Shown here: piece after piece, positions 8,009-16,891 of the stretch
Numbering within the stretch: position 1 is the first letter of the stretch
How the letters are laid out: each line of letters begins with the position of its first letter
DNA from: an uncultured Oscillospiraceae bacterium
GTDB lineage: Bacteria; Bacillota; Clostridia; Christensenellales; CAG-314
Assembly: GCA_964521735.1 (NCBI GenBank)
Contig: CAZFTO010000006.1
Coordinates: forward strand, 21,861-62,435
Direction: 5' to 3'
DNA length: 40,575 bases
Translations under genes and position numbers: made by a program
The notes under the pieces: model-generated
What the model saw: only the letters and a program-made list of their open reading frames with translations
Told to the model about the DNA's origin: nothing
Database searches by the model: none

Positions 8009-10242
8009 CTTGCTATTTCAACCGTATTTTCAATTATATATTCTTTGCCATAAATGGTCAAGGCAATGGGGTTTCCATCACAATGAACAACCACTTTTTG
8101 TGCATCTACTTCCACTTTTAGGTGACTGCCGTTTGCCGCAAAAGAAAACGCATAGCGTTGCCAATTGCAAGGCAACGTGGGTGCTAAACTAAGTTTTTTG
8201 TCGCTGCGCAAACCGCCGAAACCATAGGTTACGTTTAGCCACGCCGCCGCAATGCTTGTTGTGTGCAAACCTTCGCAAGTGTTGCGGTTGTAGTCGTCCA
8301 AATCCATGCGTGTGGCGAAGGCGAAAAACTTTTGCGCTTCGTCAAACTTGCCCAGTTCGTTTGCCAAAATGGAGTGCACCGACGGGGAAAGGGAGGATTC
8401 GTGAATGCAACGCGGCTCGTAGTATTCGTAGTTAGCCTTTTTGCACTGCGCAGAAAAATCGCCGTTATAAAGAAATTGGAACATTAGCACGTCCGGTTGC
8501 TTTATCATGTCGTTGCGATAAATTCTGTCGTAGGACCAGTGCGAATAAAGGGGAAATTGGCTGTCGTCAATTTTAGAAATATCAACATGCGGCAGTTTGA
8601 AAAAGCCATCGTGCTGCTCGTATAACTGCGTTTTTTCGTCGAACAAAATAAGCATGCTATCGGCACATTTTTGCCAATATTGCACTTCTTTTTCCTTCAA
8701 ACCCACCTTTTGACGCAAACTTTGCAAACTTTCGGCCGGCATGTTTTTTAGCGTTTGCAACGTGAAATTGAACGTTTTTTGCGCCATAAAGTTGGTGTAG
8801 GTGTTGTGATTTACCATCATCTGGAATTCGTCCGGCCCCATAACAGCATAGTAGCCGAAATACGTTTGATCGGCGTTCCACTGTCCGCGCGTTGCAAGAT
8901 AGCGGCAAATTTCCACCAACATTTCTGCGCCGTGCCCAAACAAAAATTCGTCGTCGCCGCACACGTTGTGGTAGTGATAAATGCCGTAGGCAACGCCTGT
9001 GGACGGTTGCATTTGCAGGCTGGCGTGTTGCCACAAAGTGCACGCTTCCTCGCCGTTTAGCGTTGCAATTGGGTAGCATGCGCCTTCGCAATCCAAATCG
9101 CGCGCGCGCAGTTTTGCTTGCGGCAAGGTGGAATAGCGATATTCTAGCAAATATTTTGCGGCGGTGGGGTTGTTGAACAAATAGTAGGGCAAACAATAGG
9201 TTTCCGTATCCCAAAAGGCGTGGCCGCTATACGCTTCGCCCGTCAACCCTTTTGCGCCGACGTTATCGGTGGGATCCGCCCCGTGATAGGTTTGTTGCAG
9301 TTGAAAAATGCAAAACCTTATGCCTTGTTGATCTTCGTCGTTACCGCAAATTTCCACGTCGGAATTTTGCCAAAAGTTGTGCCAATAGTTTTGGTTGCGC
9401 AGCGCTGCCGCTTCGTAGCCTTCGGCCATTTGCATTTGCAACTGCCTTTGTGCTTGTTCCGCCACGGAATTGCCCGTTTTGCTTTGACATGCGGAAATAA
9501 GGCGCGTAAACACTGCTGTTTGGCCTTTTTTTAGTTGCAAAACAAACTTCTTCGAAAGAGAGCGTTCGCCCGTTTCGGTGGTTTTTTGAGCGCCATCCAA
9601 CGTGCAATTACAAGCAACGGCAACATGTTGATTGGTGCTTTGCGTGCAACATTCCAGCGTGGTTGGGCTTGCAAAAACCTGTTGCCAGCGTGACGGGTTG
9701 CCAAAATGTTTGCCATTGAAGTGCGTTGTTGCCACAAGTTGCAACGTGCAATCGTCGAAAGCCGTGAAAGTAACACGCTGATAGGCACGCTGGGGAATTT
9801 CCATATCTAAAAAGCGGCAAAAATCCGTTTTGATGCGCTTGGCACCCACTTGCCAAACAAGGGTGCGCAAAAGTTTGCCGTTTTTTAGGTCTAGCGTGCG
9901 GCGGTAGTCGCAGTAGTTGCCGTCGGCCATATCCAGCTTTTGGCCATCCACAAACAGTTGCAAATCGAAATAGTGCGCAGCGTTTACCATAAAGTGCGTT
10001 TGCGTTGCAACGCCCTTGTAGCCGGTGGCCGATTTATCCGTTGCGTATTCGTAGATTCCGTTGAAGTAGCTGCCCCTAAGTTGCGGCACCGATGCTCCTT
10101 CGTCGATGAAACCACGGTTACCCATATATTCGTTGCCTAGCGAAAATATCGATTCGGCAACTTGCGAAAAGTCGGCAGAAAAATCCGTTTCCACCACTTC
10201 CCACGGAAGAGTTAAAAAATGCTTTCTTGCAGTTTTGCCCAT
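8005..10242 (-). CDS. GH65 alpha-glucoside phosphorylase (paralogue 1)
   Basis: ESIFSLGNEYMG, AKGLTGEAYSGHAFWDTE, GPDEF, KQPD, HESSLS. Confidence 0.92.
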   Translation of the reverse strand: MGKTARKHFLTLPWEVVETDFSADFSQVAESIFSLGNEYMGNRGFIDEGASVPQLRGSYFNGIYEYATDKSATGYKGVATQTHFMVNAAHYFDLQLFVDGQKLDMADGNYCDYRRTLDLKNGKLLRTLVWQVGAKRIKTDFCRFLDMEIPQRAYQRVTFTAFDDCTLQLVATTHFNGKHFGNPSRWQQVFASPTTLECCTQSTNQHVAVACNCTLDGAQKTTETGERSLSKKFVLQLKKGQTAVFTRLISACQSKTGNSVAEQAQRQLQMQMAEGYEAAALRNQNYWHNFWQNSDVEICGNDEDQQGIRFCIFQLQQTYHGADPTDNVGAKGLTGEAYSGHAFWDTETYCLPYYLFNNPTAAKYLLEYRYSTLPQAKLRARDLDCEGACYPIATLNGEEACTLWQHASLQMQPSTGVAYGIYHYHNVCGDDEFLFGHGAEMLVEICRYLATRGQWNADQTYFGYYAVMGPDEFQMMVNHNTYTNFMAQKTFNFTLQTLKNMPAESLQSLRQKVGLKEKEVQYWQKCADSMLILFDEKTQLYEQHDGFFKLPHVDISKIDDSQFPLYSHWSYDRIYRNDMIKQPDVLMFQFLYNGDFSAQCKKANYEYYEPRCIHESSLSPSVHSILANELGKFDEAQKFFAFATRMDLDDYNRNTCEGLHTTSIAAAWLNVTYGFGGLRSDKKLSLAPTLPCNWQRYAFSFAANGSHLKVEVDAQKVVVHCDGNPIALTIYGKEYIIENTVEIAR

Positions 10243-10420
10243 GTTATGCTCCTTGCAGTTTTGCTTTGTTTTTTGTGTTTTTTATGCCTTTGGGCAATCT
10301 TGCAAAATATTCAAAAATTTTGCGCACCTGCCCGTTTTTTGAAACTTTGATTGTTTTTGCACCACGTTGCGCGTTTGCCGTTTGCCGCAACAAACCGCTA
10401 AAACGTTTTTTGCAATTATT

Positions 10421-10455
10421 AAAACTGTCGAGACGGCAAAATTCCGTCTCGACAG
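10421..10455 (-). terminator. Strong hairpin after the ABC permease (terminator or mRNA stabiliser)
   Basis: 12-bp perfect stem ctgtcgagacgg/ccgtctcgacag with a short U tract on the minus strand. Confidence 0.65.
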
Positions 10456-10467
10456 AAAGGATAACCG

Positions 10468-11382
10468 TCAACCTTTTATGCCGCTTTGAGCGTTTGTTCC
10501 GATGAGTTGTTTTTGGAACACGGCGAAAATGAATATTTGAGGAATTATGGTTATGGCAAGCGACATAATGTATTTGTCTATGCCAAATTCCATCATTTGT
10601 CCCATAGTGGATTTTAGGTTGAATATTTTCACCATAACCGTTGCAAGCTTGTCGTCCTGCAACAAAAGATAGGGCAAAAGGAAATCCGCCCACGATGCTG
10701 TCATTGCAAAAATTGCAACTACGCTAACTATTGGACGACTTAGCGGCAACACTATTTTGAAGAAGATTTGCAAAGAATTTGCGCCTTCCACACGGGCCGA
10801 TTCGAACAAGTCGCGAGGGATCGTGTCGAAATAGTTTTTGAACATCATGAAGTAGTAGGCGTTGGCGCCATACAACAAACACAACGGAATGAACACGGCA
10901 TAGCCTTTTAGGCCCAGAGAAAGAATGTTAGAATAGATAGGCACCAGCGACGCCGTGGCCGGTATCATGTAGCTTAGCATAACCAGCCCATAAACGGTTT
11001 TGTGCCCCATTGGTTTTAGAATTGAAACAGCATATGCCAACAATCCGTTGAACACCACCGCACACAGGACGGAGCCTAGCATCACAATAAACGTGTTGAC
11101 AAAGTATTTCAAAAAGCCAACTTGCTTCCACACTTCCACCACTTTGCCCAAGTTGATGGATTCCGGGAAAAATTTGAATGGCGCCTGAAAAACTTCGTTG
11201 GCATCTTTGAATCCTGCCAAAAACAGCCAAGCAATGGGTATGATTGCCGCAAGACAGAACACAATCAAGATGAATATCATTGCGGCATACAAAATTTTGA
11301 AACGAGTGTGGCGATATTCCATGCCCACAATAAGGCCTTCGTTTTTGTTTTTAAGCGTCGTGCGCACTTTTTTGTTTTTCAC
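10468..11382 (-). CDS. Carbohydrate ABC transporter permease (MalG-like)
   Basis: multiple TM segments; EAA loop IPRDLFESARVEGA; C-terminal FQKQLI...GIKG. Confidence 0.92.
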   Translation of the reverse strand: MKNKKVRTTLKNKNEGLIVGMEYRHTRFKILYAAMIFILIVFCLAAIIPIAWLFLAGFKDANEVFQAPFKFFPESINLGKVVEVWKQVGFLKYFVNTFIVMLGSVLCAVVFNGLLAYAVSILKPMGHKTVYGLVMLSYMIPATASLVPIYSNILSLGLKGYAVFIPLCLLYGANAYYFMMFKNYFDTIPRDLFESARVEGANSLQIFFKIVLPLSRPIVSVVAIFAMTASWADFLLPYLLLQDDKLATVMVKIFNLKSTMGQMMEFGIDKYIMSLAITIIPQIFIFAVFQKQLIGTNAQSGIKG

Positions 11383-12284
11383 GCTTTATCCCCCTTTTTG
11401 GAAAGACGGAAATACAAAATCGTTAGCGCAACGATTATTGCCGCCAAAATTACGCCGCAAGCGGCACCTGCTCCCGGGTCGCCATCCAAGAACGTATACT
11501 TATAGCTTAGGTACATAAGAGAAATGGATGCGTTATCTGGGCCGCCGGTCGTGAGCATCATGGGTTCGTAGAACACTTGGAACACGGAAATTATTTGCAA
11601 AATGAACAACAATTTGATGGTGGGCTTTATGCCGGGAAGCGTAACGTGCCAAATGCGTTGCCAAAGGGTTGCGCCTTCCACACGGGCCACTTCGTATAAC
11701 GTGCTATCCACAGTTTGCAACGCCGACAAATAAATTAGCACCGTTGCGCCTGCGCCACGCCACGTCATAACCAAAACGATGACGGGAATTACCCAGTGGG
11801 AATCCATAAGCACCTTCACCGGTTCGACACCGAACAGGCCCAAAAAGCCGTTGAGCAAACTGCCGGTGGAACCATCCAAAATTTGCAACCACATCATCAT
11901 GACGGCCACGCCGGAAATGATGCTTGGCAAATACAGCATGCATCTGAACCCTGCACGGAAGTGAATAACTTCCGAAAGAATAAGTCCCAAAAACAGCGGA
12001 AGCAAAAAGCCGATCAAAATGGACCAAAAAGCATATACGAAAGTGTTCCACAGCGCGCTTTTGAATGCCGGGTCGGAAAACACTGTTTTGTAGTTTTCGA
12101 ACCACACAAAAGTATCCGGGTGAAACTTTTTAAGGGTGAAGAAGGAATACACGATGTTTTCCAGCAGCGGCCCCCAAACGAAAAAGCAAAACAGCACAAG
12201 GGTGGGCAACATAATTGCCCATCCGCCAATGTTCTTTTTGATTATCTTTTTTAGTTTTTGCAACTTCGTTTGTGAATTTAGCAT
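11379..12284 (-). CDS. Carbohydrate ABC transporter permease (MalF-like)
   Basis: FVWFENY, LYEVARVEGA, HVTLP and TTGGP motifs; TM helices. Confidence 0.92.
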   Translation of the reverse strand: MLNSQTKLQKLKKIIKKNIGGWAIMLPTLVLFCFFVWGPLLENIVYSFFTLKKFHPDTFVWFENYKTVFSDPAFKSALWNTFVYAFWSILIGFLLPLFLGLILSEVIHFRAGFRCMLYLPSIISGVAVMMMWLQILDGSTGSLLNGFLGLFGVEPVKVLMDSHWVIPVIVLVMTWRGAGATVLIYLSALQTVDSTLYEVARVEGATLWQRIWHVTLPGIKPTIKLLFILQIISVFQVFYEPMMLTTGGPDNASISLMYLSYKYTFLDGDPGAGAACGVILAAIIVALTILYFRLSKKGDKA

Positions 12285-12285
12285 G

Positions 12286-13701
12286 TTAATTAACTCTTTT
12301 TAGATGATTGTTTTGGAAGTTGTTGTTTGCCGTTGTTAGCAGTGCCAACGGGTTGGCTCTGCTTTTTTGAGACAAAACATTTTGAATGGAATTATCCAAA
12401 ATTCCATACATTTCCTGACAGAAATTGGGTTCTTCGTCGTGCTTCATTTGTTCGATGGTGTCGAAGAAATCTTTCATGTAGGTGTAGTTTACGTTTACGT
12501 GTTGATTTTCCAGCCTGTTGGCCAATTCCACGTAGGCGGGGTCTTTCCACGGTTTGATGGTGGGAAGAATGGGCATGCCCTTGCTTTCGGCAACGGCAAA
12601 ACCTTTTTCCATTGCAGAAATGGTTATGTCGTCCACTTCGGGGCTGCGGCCAATGTAGTGCAAAAATTTCAATGCGCCGGCAACCTGTTCGTCGGTGGCG
12701 TTATCTGCAAACACGTAGGGCGTGCCACCAAACAACGCATAGCGACTTGTGCCGTCCCCGGTAGGCATGGGAACAAATGCAAAGTCGTCCTTGCTGAAAC
12801 CGTAGGACGTGATGGGCATAGACAGTGCGTCGCTGCCAACAAACGCCATCAAAACACGTTCGTTACCTATCATTTCCGGCCAGTTATCGTAGTTGTAGGA
12901 TGCGCCGGGATAGCAAAGCTCTTCTTCTGCGAGAGATTGAATCCACCTCAACGCATTTACCATGCCTTCGTCCATAAGGTTGCTTTTCCATGTTCCGTCG
13001 GCATTTTGCGTTTGCAAGTGAGTGGCACCAAAGTTCCAGCCCATGTTGCACAACTGCCATCCGCCTTGTTTGTTGGCGCTTAGAATAAGAATGCCGTATT
13101 TATCCCTGCCGCACTCTTCTTGCACCACGCGGCACAAATCTGTTATTTCGTCGAAAGTGCGCGGATAGTTGGGCGTGCCGTCGTCCTGGTAGAGTTTGTA
13201 GGTGCCGTCGGGGTTTTTGTCGATGGCGCCGATATCGTACATAAGACGCAGGTTGATGAACAATCCCAAACCATAGCCGTCACGAGGAACGCCGTAGATT
13301 TCGCCGTTTTTGGTAAGCGTTTTGCGCATGCTATCGTCCATTTTGTCCGCCCAACCAAGTTCGTTTAGTTGTTGGGTTATGGGACGAATATAGCCTTCGC
13401 GAATAAGCATTTCCGGCTCGGTGAAGTAGGTTTGGAAAATGGTAGGCAATTCGCCGGCGTTGCCCTTTGCACGAACCGTTTCCGGGCTGTACGTGTAGGG
13501 GCTGGCGACAATTTCGTATTGCGGATAGTCGCGTTCGAAATTGGCCTTCCATTCGTTATACATTGCGGTATCGGCCGAAAGAGATGCATCCGGCCAAAAA
13601 CCTACGGTAATTTTAATTTTTCCGTTGTCTTCCGGCGTGCAAGCGCAAAGCACTGCAACAAGCAAAAGCAACGATAACAGCAAACATGCGAATTTTCTCA
13701 T
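12286..13701 (-). CDS. Sugar ABC transporter solute-binding lipoprotein
   Basis: signal MRKFACLLLSLLLLVAVLCAC with lipobox; GEIYGVP and FVPMP motifs; GAGG SD before ATG 13701. Confidence 0.9.
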   Translation of the reverse strand: MRKFACLLLSLLLLVAVLCACTPEDNGKIKITVGFWPDASLSADTAMYNEWKANFERDYPQYEIVASPYTYSPETVRAKGNAGELPTIFQTYFTEPEMLIREGYIRPITQQLNELGWADKMDDSMRKTLTKNGEIYGVPRDGYGLGLFINLRLMYDIGAIDKNPDGTYKLYQDDGTPNYPRTFDEITDLCRVVQEECGRDKYGILILSANKQGGWQLCNMGWNFGATHLQTQNADGTWKSNLMDEGMVNALRWIQSLAEEELCYPGASYNYDNWPEMIGNERVLMAFVGSDALSMPITSYGFSKDDFAFVPMPTGDGTSRYALFGGTPYVFADNATDEQVAGALKFLHYIGRSPEVDDITISAMEKGFAVAESKGMPILPTIKPWKDPAYVELANRLENQHVNVNYTYMKDFFDTIEQMKHDEEPNFCQEMYGILDNSIQNVLSQKSRANPLALLTTANNNFQNNHLKRVN

Positions 13702-13753
13702 AGTTACCTCATTATTTTTGCACACTACTACTAATAATAATTTTGCTATAAAA

Positions 13754-13816
13754 ATTATAATAAAATTGCGGCCACACTGCAACGGAGTTAATCTGCAAAA
13801 TGGTAGACAATACTGC
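13754..13816 (-). promoter_or_regulatory. ABC operon promoter with putative activator site
   Basis: minus-strand TATAAT at 13759-13754 and TTGCAG -35; ATCTGCAAAATGGT-N5-ATACTGC at 13791-13816, shared with 24317-24342. Confidence 0.7.
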
Positions 13817-13936
13817 ACTTTGCTACATTTTTTGCAAATTTTTTTTGAAAAAATCGTCCAAAACGCCCCAAAATTTAAAAAAATGCCAAGCTTTCCTTTG
13901 GTTTTTGACAAAAGAAAAAGCCTGCCGTTGCAGACT

Positions 13937-14866
13937 TCAACTAATGCCTTCTTCGTTCATGCGTTGCAGCAAATTTTCCAGCGGATCGACAACGCTATCG
14001 CGCACGCGAAATGCCACCAGCGACACTGCACAGCAAAGAACGGCATCCAGCGCAAAAAACACACACCCCAAAACAAGCACCTGTTTGAAATAGTTGGAAA
14101 GGGGCGAAAACATTATCAGCTGACAATCACCCACCGTTTGAGCGCAAGCGGCGTAGTAGATGCGATTGAACGTTCCGTCTTGTTGCACGGCGGAAAACTC
14201 GTCGTTATCGGTGAACAACTTGCCGTTTTTTTGAAAAAATACGTAGCTAGCGGAAGAAAATCCGCTATACGACAGTTTTGCCTGGACAATGGATTTTGGC
14301 AAAACGTCCACTTCCAAAAGCCCCAACACTTGGTCGCCGTCCATCACCTTACACAAGCAAGAAACAACGCCGTTCTTTTCGTTATACTGCGTGCTGCCAT
14401 ACACTTTTGCAACGGCCTCGGTACGCACGGAAATCATTTGCGTTTGCGAAGATTGCATAAAACTGCCAATTTCTTCCACTGCCAGTAGCTGCGCCAAAGT
14501 GGGGGCAGAACCTACCCCCGACGAACAACTTACGTGGCCGCCGACGCTATACAAAATGACGCCGTCGGTAGTAACGGAATAGTTATAGAACTCGTTTAGT
14601 TTTTGCGAAACGTCCAGCGTGCCGCCCTTCAAAAATTCCACGATTTCGCTGTTGGTCGCAGCGTTTGCGGTAAGGTCCATTGCCGCTTGCACGTAGGATT
14701 GACACCCCGTTGCGCCGCTTTGCACGTTGCTTTGACAACGCTGTGTTTGCGTGTTGAACAAAAAACCAGAAATTGTGGCAAAGGAAACGACGCTCGTTAT
14801 AACCACGAACGCAAGCAGCACCCAAAACACACAATTGAACAGTTTTTTTCTTAACTTCAACAACAT
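13937..14866 (-). CDS. Membrane sensor-like protein (TM, extracellular Cache-like domain, TM) lacking a kinase domain
   Basis: two TM segments flank ~230 aa; ends in a HAMP-start-like VVDPLENLLQRM; no H-box or ATPase boxes; 7 bp after the kinase stop. Confidence 0.65.
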   Translation of the reverse strand: MLLKLRKKLFNCVFWVLLAFVVITSVVSFATISGFLFNTQTQRCQSNVQSGATGCQSYVQAAMDLTANAATNSEIVEFLKGGTLDVSQKLNEFYNYSVTTDGVILYSVGGHVSCSSGVGSAPTLAQLLAVEEIGSFMQSSQTQMISVRTEAVAKVYGSTQYNEKNGVVSCLCKVMDGDQVLGLLEVDVLPKSIVQAKLSYSGFSSASYVFFQKNGKLFTDNDEFSAVQQDGTFNRIYYAACAQTVGDCQLIMFSPLSNYFKQVLVLGCVFFALDAVLCCAVSLVAFRVRDSVVDPLENLLQRMNEEGIS

Positions 14867-14873
14867 AGCAAAC

Positions 14874-16541
14874 TTACAATCTCTTTTTTATTTTTACGTT
14901 GACTGTTGTGCCAACACCAACCTGCGAAGTGATGTCTAATCCGTACCCTTCGCCATATTCCAAAACCAACCTTTCGTGCACGTTATAAAGCCCAAAACCG
15001 TTGGGCTTATCCGTTTTAACCTTCCAAAAGCCTTCGGCAACAACAAAGCCGCAGCCGTCGTCCGTCACGGAAATAACCAAATCGTCCCCTTCCGTTTTTG
15101 CTGTTATGCTTATTGTGCCAACGCCTTCTTTGCCGCTGAAACCGTGTTTTATGCTGTTTTCCACAATGGGTTGCAAAATTAGTTTTAGCGTTTTGTAGTC
15201 GGCAATATCTTGCGGCACGTTGCACACGTAGTTTATGGTGTCGGGAAAGCGGATTTTTTCTATTTCCAAAAAGTGTTCGATAAGTTCCGTTTCTTCACGA
15301 ACGGTAACAAACTTATCCCCTTTGTGCAAACTTATACGGAAAAATTTTGCCAAGTTGATTACTAGTTTTTCTATTTCCGTTTGCTTTTTTATTTTTGCCA
15401 TCCAAGCAATGGCATCCAGCGTGTTATACAAAAAGTGTGGATTTATTTGCATTTGCAACGCCTCTATTTCCAGCTTGCGTTGCGTTTCCATGTTGTCCTT
15501 GTTTTCCTGCATCAGACGGAACAAGCGTTGCAACATTTCTTCATAGTTGCGTTCCAGTTCGTACAATTCGTCCCCTTCCGAGCCAATTTCCAGCCCCAAC
15601 TTGTGTTGAAAATCCACAGAGGAAATTTTGTTGGATAGGTTTTTTACCGGTGCGGTGGTGAATCGCGACATTCGAAATGCAAAAATTAGTGCAACCAACA
15701 TGCACAATGCGGCAATGCCGCCCAGCCCCAAACTTAGTGCATTGAAGTTTTTTTGCAACACGCTGCGATTCAAAACGCTTACAAAAAACAACTTCAAACT
15801 GTATTGATTTTCCATGGGAGTGACTGCGACGTAGCAATTTTGACCATCCACCTTAACGTTGGATACCCCTTGTTGCAGGCCAATTTTGTTTTGTTCCACA
15901 ATGGTTTGTCCGATGCCACGCCCCTGCGAATGGGAAACTATTTGATAGTTTTGCGTCATAAGCATGGTGTAGCCCGTTTCCGGCGTGGTTATTGCACAAA
16001 AGGAATTTAGCACGGAAACATCTAAATAGAACACCACGTAGCCGTTCAATCCGTACAACGCACCGGTGAACTTGCGCCCGATTTGCACGTAGCCAGCATC
16101 GCTGTTTATTTCCCCCAAGTATAGTATAACGTTGCCTTGCGCAATTTTTTTGAGGAAAGATTTTGCGGGGAGATCCATTTCGTCGTTGGTGGCATAGAAC
16201 TCGCCATCCACACACAACACCACGTTTAGGTAGCCTTGCGAAAGCACGGCATCTTCCACTATTTTTTGAAAAGTTTGTTGCCTGTGCGAAACGTCGCGCG
16301 AAAATTCTTCCAGCCACTTGCTTTGCACCATGCGAGTGTAGCCGAAGTTTATTTCGTTCAAAACGTCGGTTACTTCGCCGTTGGCTGTTTGCTGTGCCGA
16401 TTGCACGTCGTTTTTGACATAGTTGTTGACGAAAATTTGTGCAATAACTTGCACGGCCGCCAACACCACCACGAACAAAATGGTTAGCGCAAGAAGCATT
16501 ATTATGACGAATTTCGTGTTTAGCGTAAACTTTTTTTTCAT
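14874..16541 (-). CDS. YesM-like sensor histidine kinase
   Basis: two TMs, HAMP, H-box LQMQINPHFLYNTL, LQPIVENSIKHG, DDGCG, GFGLYNVHERL, GVGT. Confidence 0.95.
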   Translation of the reverse strand: MKKKFTLNTKFVIIMLLALTILFVVVLAAVQVIAQIFVNNYVKNDVQSAQQTANGEVTDVLNEINFGYTRMVQSKWLEEFSRDVSHRQQTFQKIVEDAVLSQGYLNVVLCVDGEFYATNDEMDLPAKSFLKKIAQGNVILYLGEINSDAGYVQIGRKFTGALYGLNGYVVFYLDVSVLNSFCAITTPETGYTMLMTQNYQIVSHSQGRGIGQTIVEQNKIGLQQGVSNVKVDGQNCYVAVTPMENQYSLKLFFVSVLNRSVLQKNFNALSLGLGGIAALCMLVALIFAFRMSRFTTAPVKNLSNKISSVDFQHKLGLEIGSEGDELYELERNYEEMLQRLFRLMQENKDNMETQRKLEIEALQMQINPHFLYNTLDAIAWMAKIKKQTEIEKLVINLAKFFRISLHKGDKFVTVREETELIEHFLEIEKIRFPDTINYVCNVPQDIADYKTLKLILQPIVENSIKHGFSGKEGVGTISITAKTEGDDLVISVTDDGCGFVVAEGFWKVKTDKPNGFGLYNVHERLVLEYGEGYGLDITSQVGVGTTVNVKIKKRL

Positions 16542-16833
16542 TTTTTGAGTGTCAATACTTGTTGCTAAATAAATCAGTTAGAACTTTCGGGCTTGCTGCT
16601 ATTTTTAGTTTTTGAGTGTCAATACTTGTTGCTATACAAATTAGTTAGAACTTTCAAACTTGCTACTATTTTTAGTTTTTGAGTGTCAATACTTGTTGCT
16701 AAATAAATTAGTTAGAACTTTTGAACTTGCTACTATTTTTAGTTTTTGAGTGTCAATACCTGTTGCTAAATAAATCAGTTAGAACTTTCTAGTTGACTTC
16801 TGTTTCCTGTTTTTGCGTGTCAATATTGGTTGC
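16542..16833. repeat. 67-bp tandem repeat, about 4 copies plus a degenerate partial fifth
   Basis: gagtgtcaata at 16547, 16614, 16681 and 16748, gcgtgtcaata at 16815; constant 67-bp period. Confidence 0.95.
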
Positions 16834-16891
16834 GACAATAATTTGCCGAAACCTTTTTGCTTTGCAACAATTTTTGTGCCTTGCGGAAAAG

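Noticed and set aside
10298-10324. Fourth copy of the glycan-locus operator upstream of the GH65 genes (TTGC pair 20 bp apart)
   Set aside because: No -10 at the expected offset, and TTGCA is very common in this sequence
10468-13701. Missing ABC ATPase as a sign of decay
   Set aside because: Gram-positive CUT1 sugar transporters commonly share an MsmK/MsmX-type ATPase encoded elsewhere
16542-16833. CRISPR array (units begin GTTTTTGAG, like some type II repeats)
   Set aside because: The would-be spacers are ~23 nt and nearly identical, the repeats themselves vary, and no cas genes are in the window
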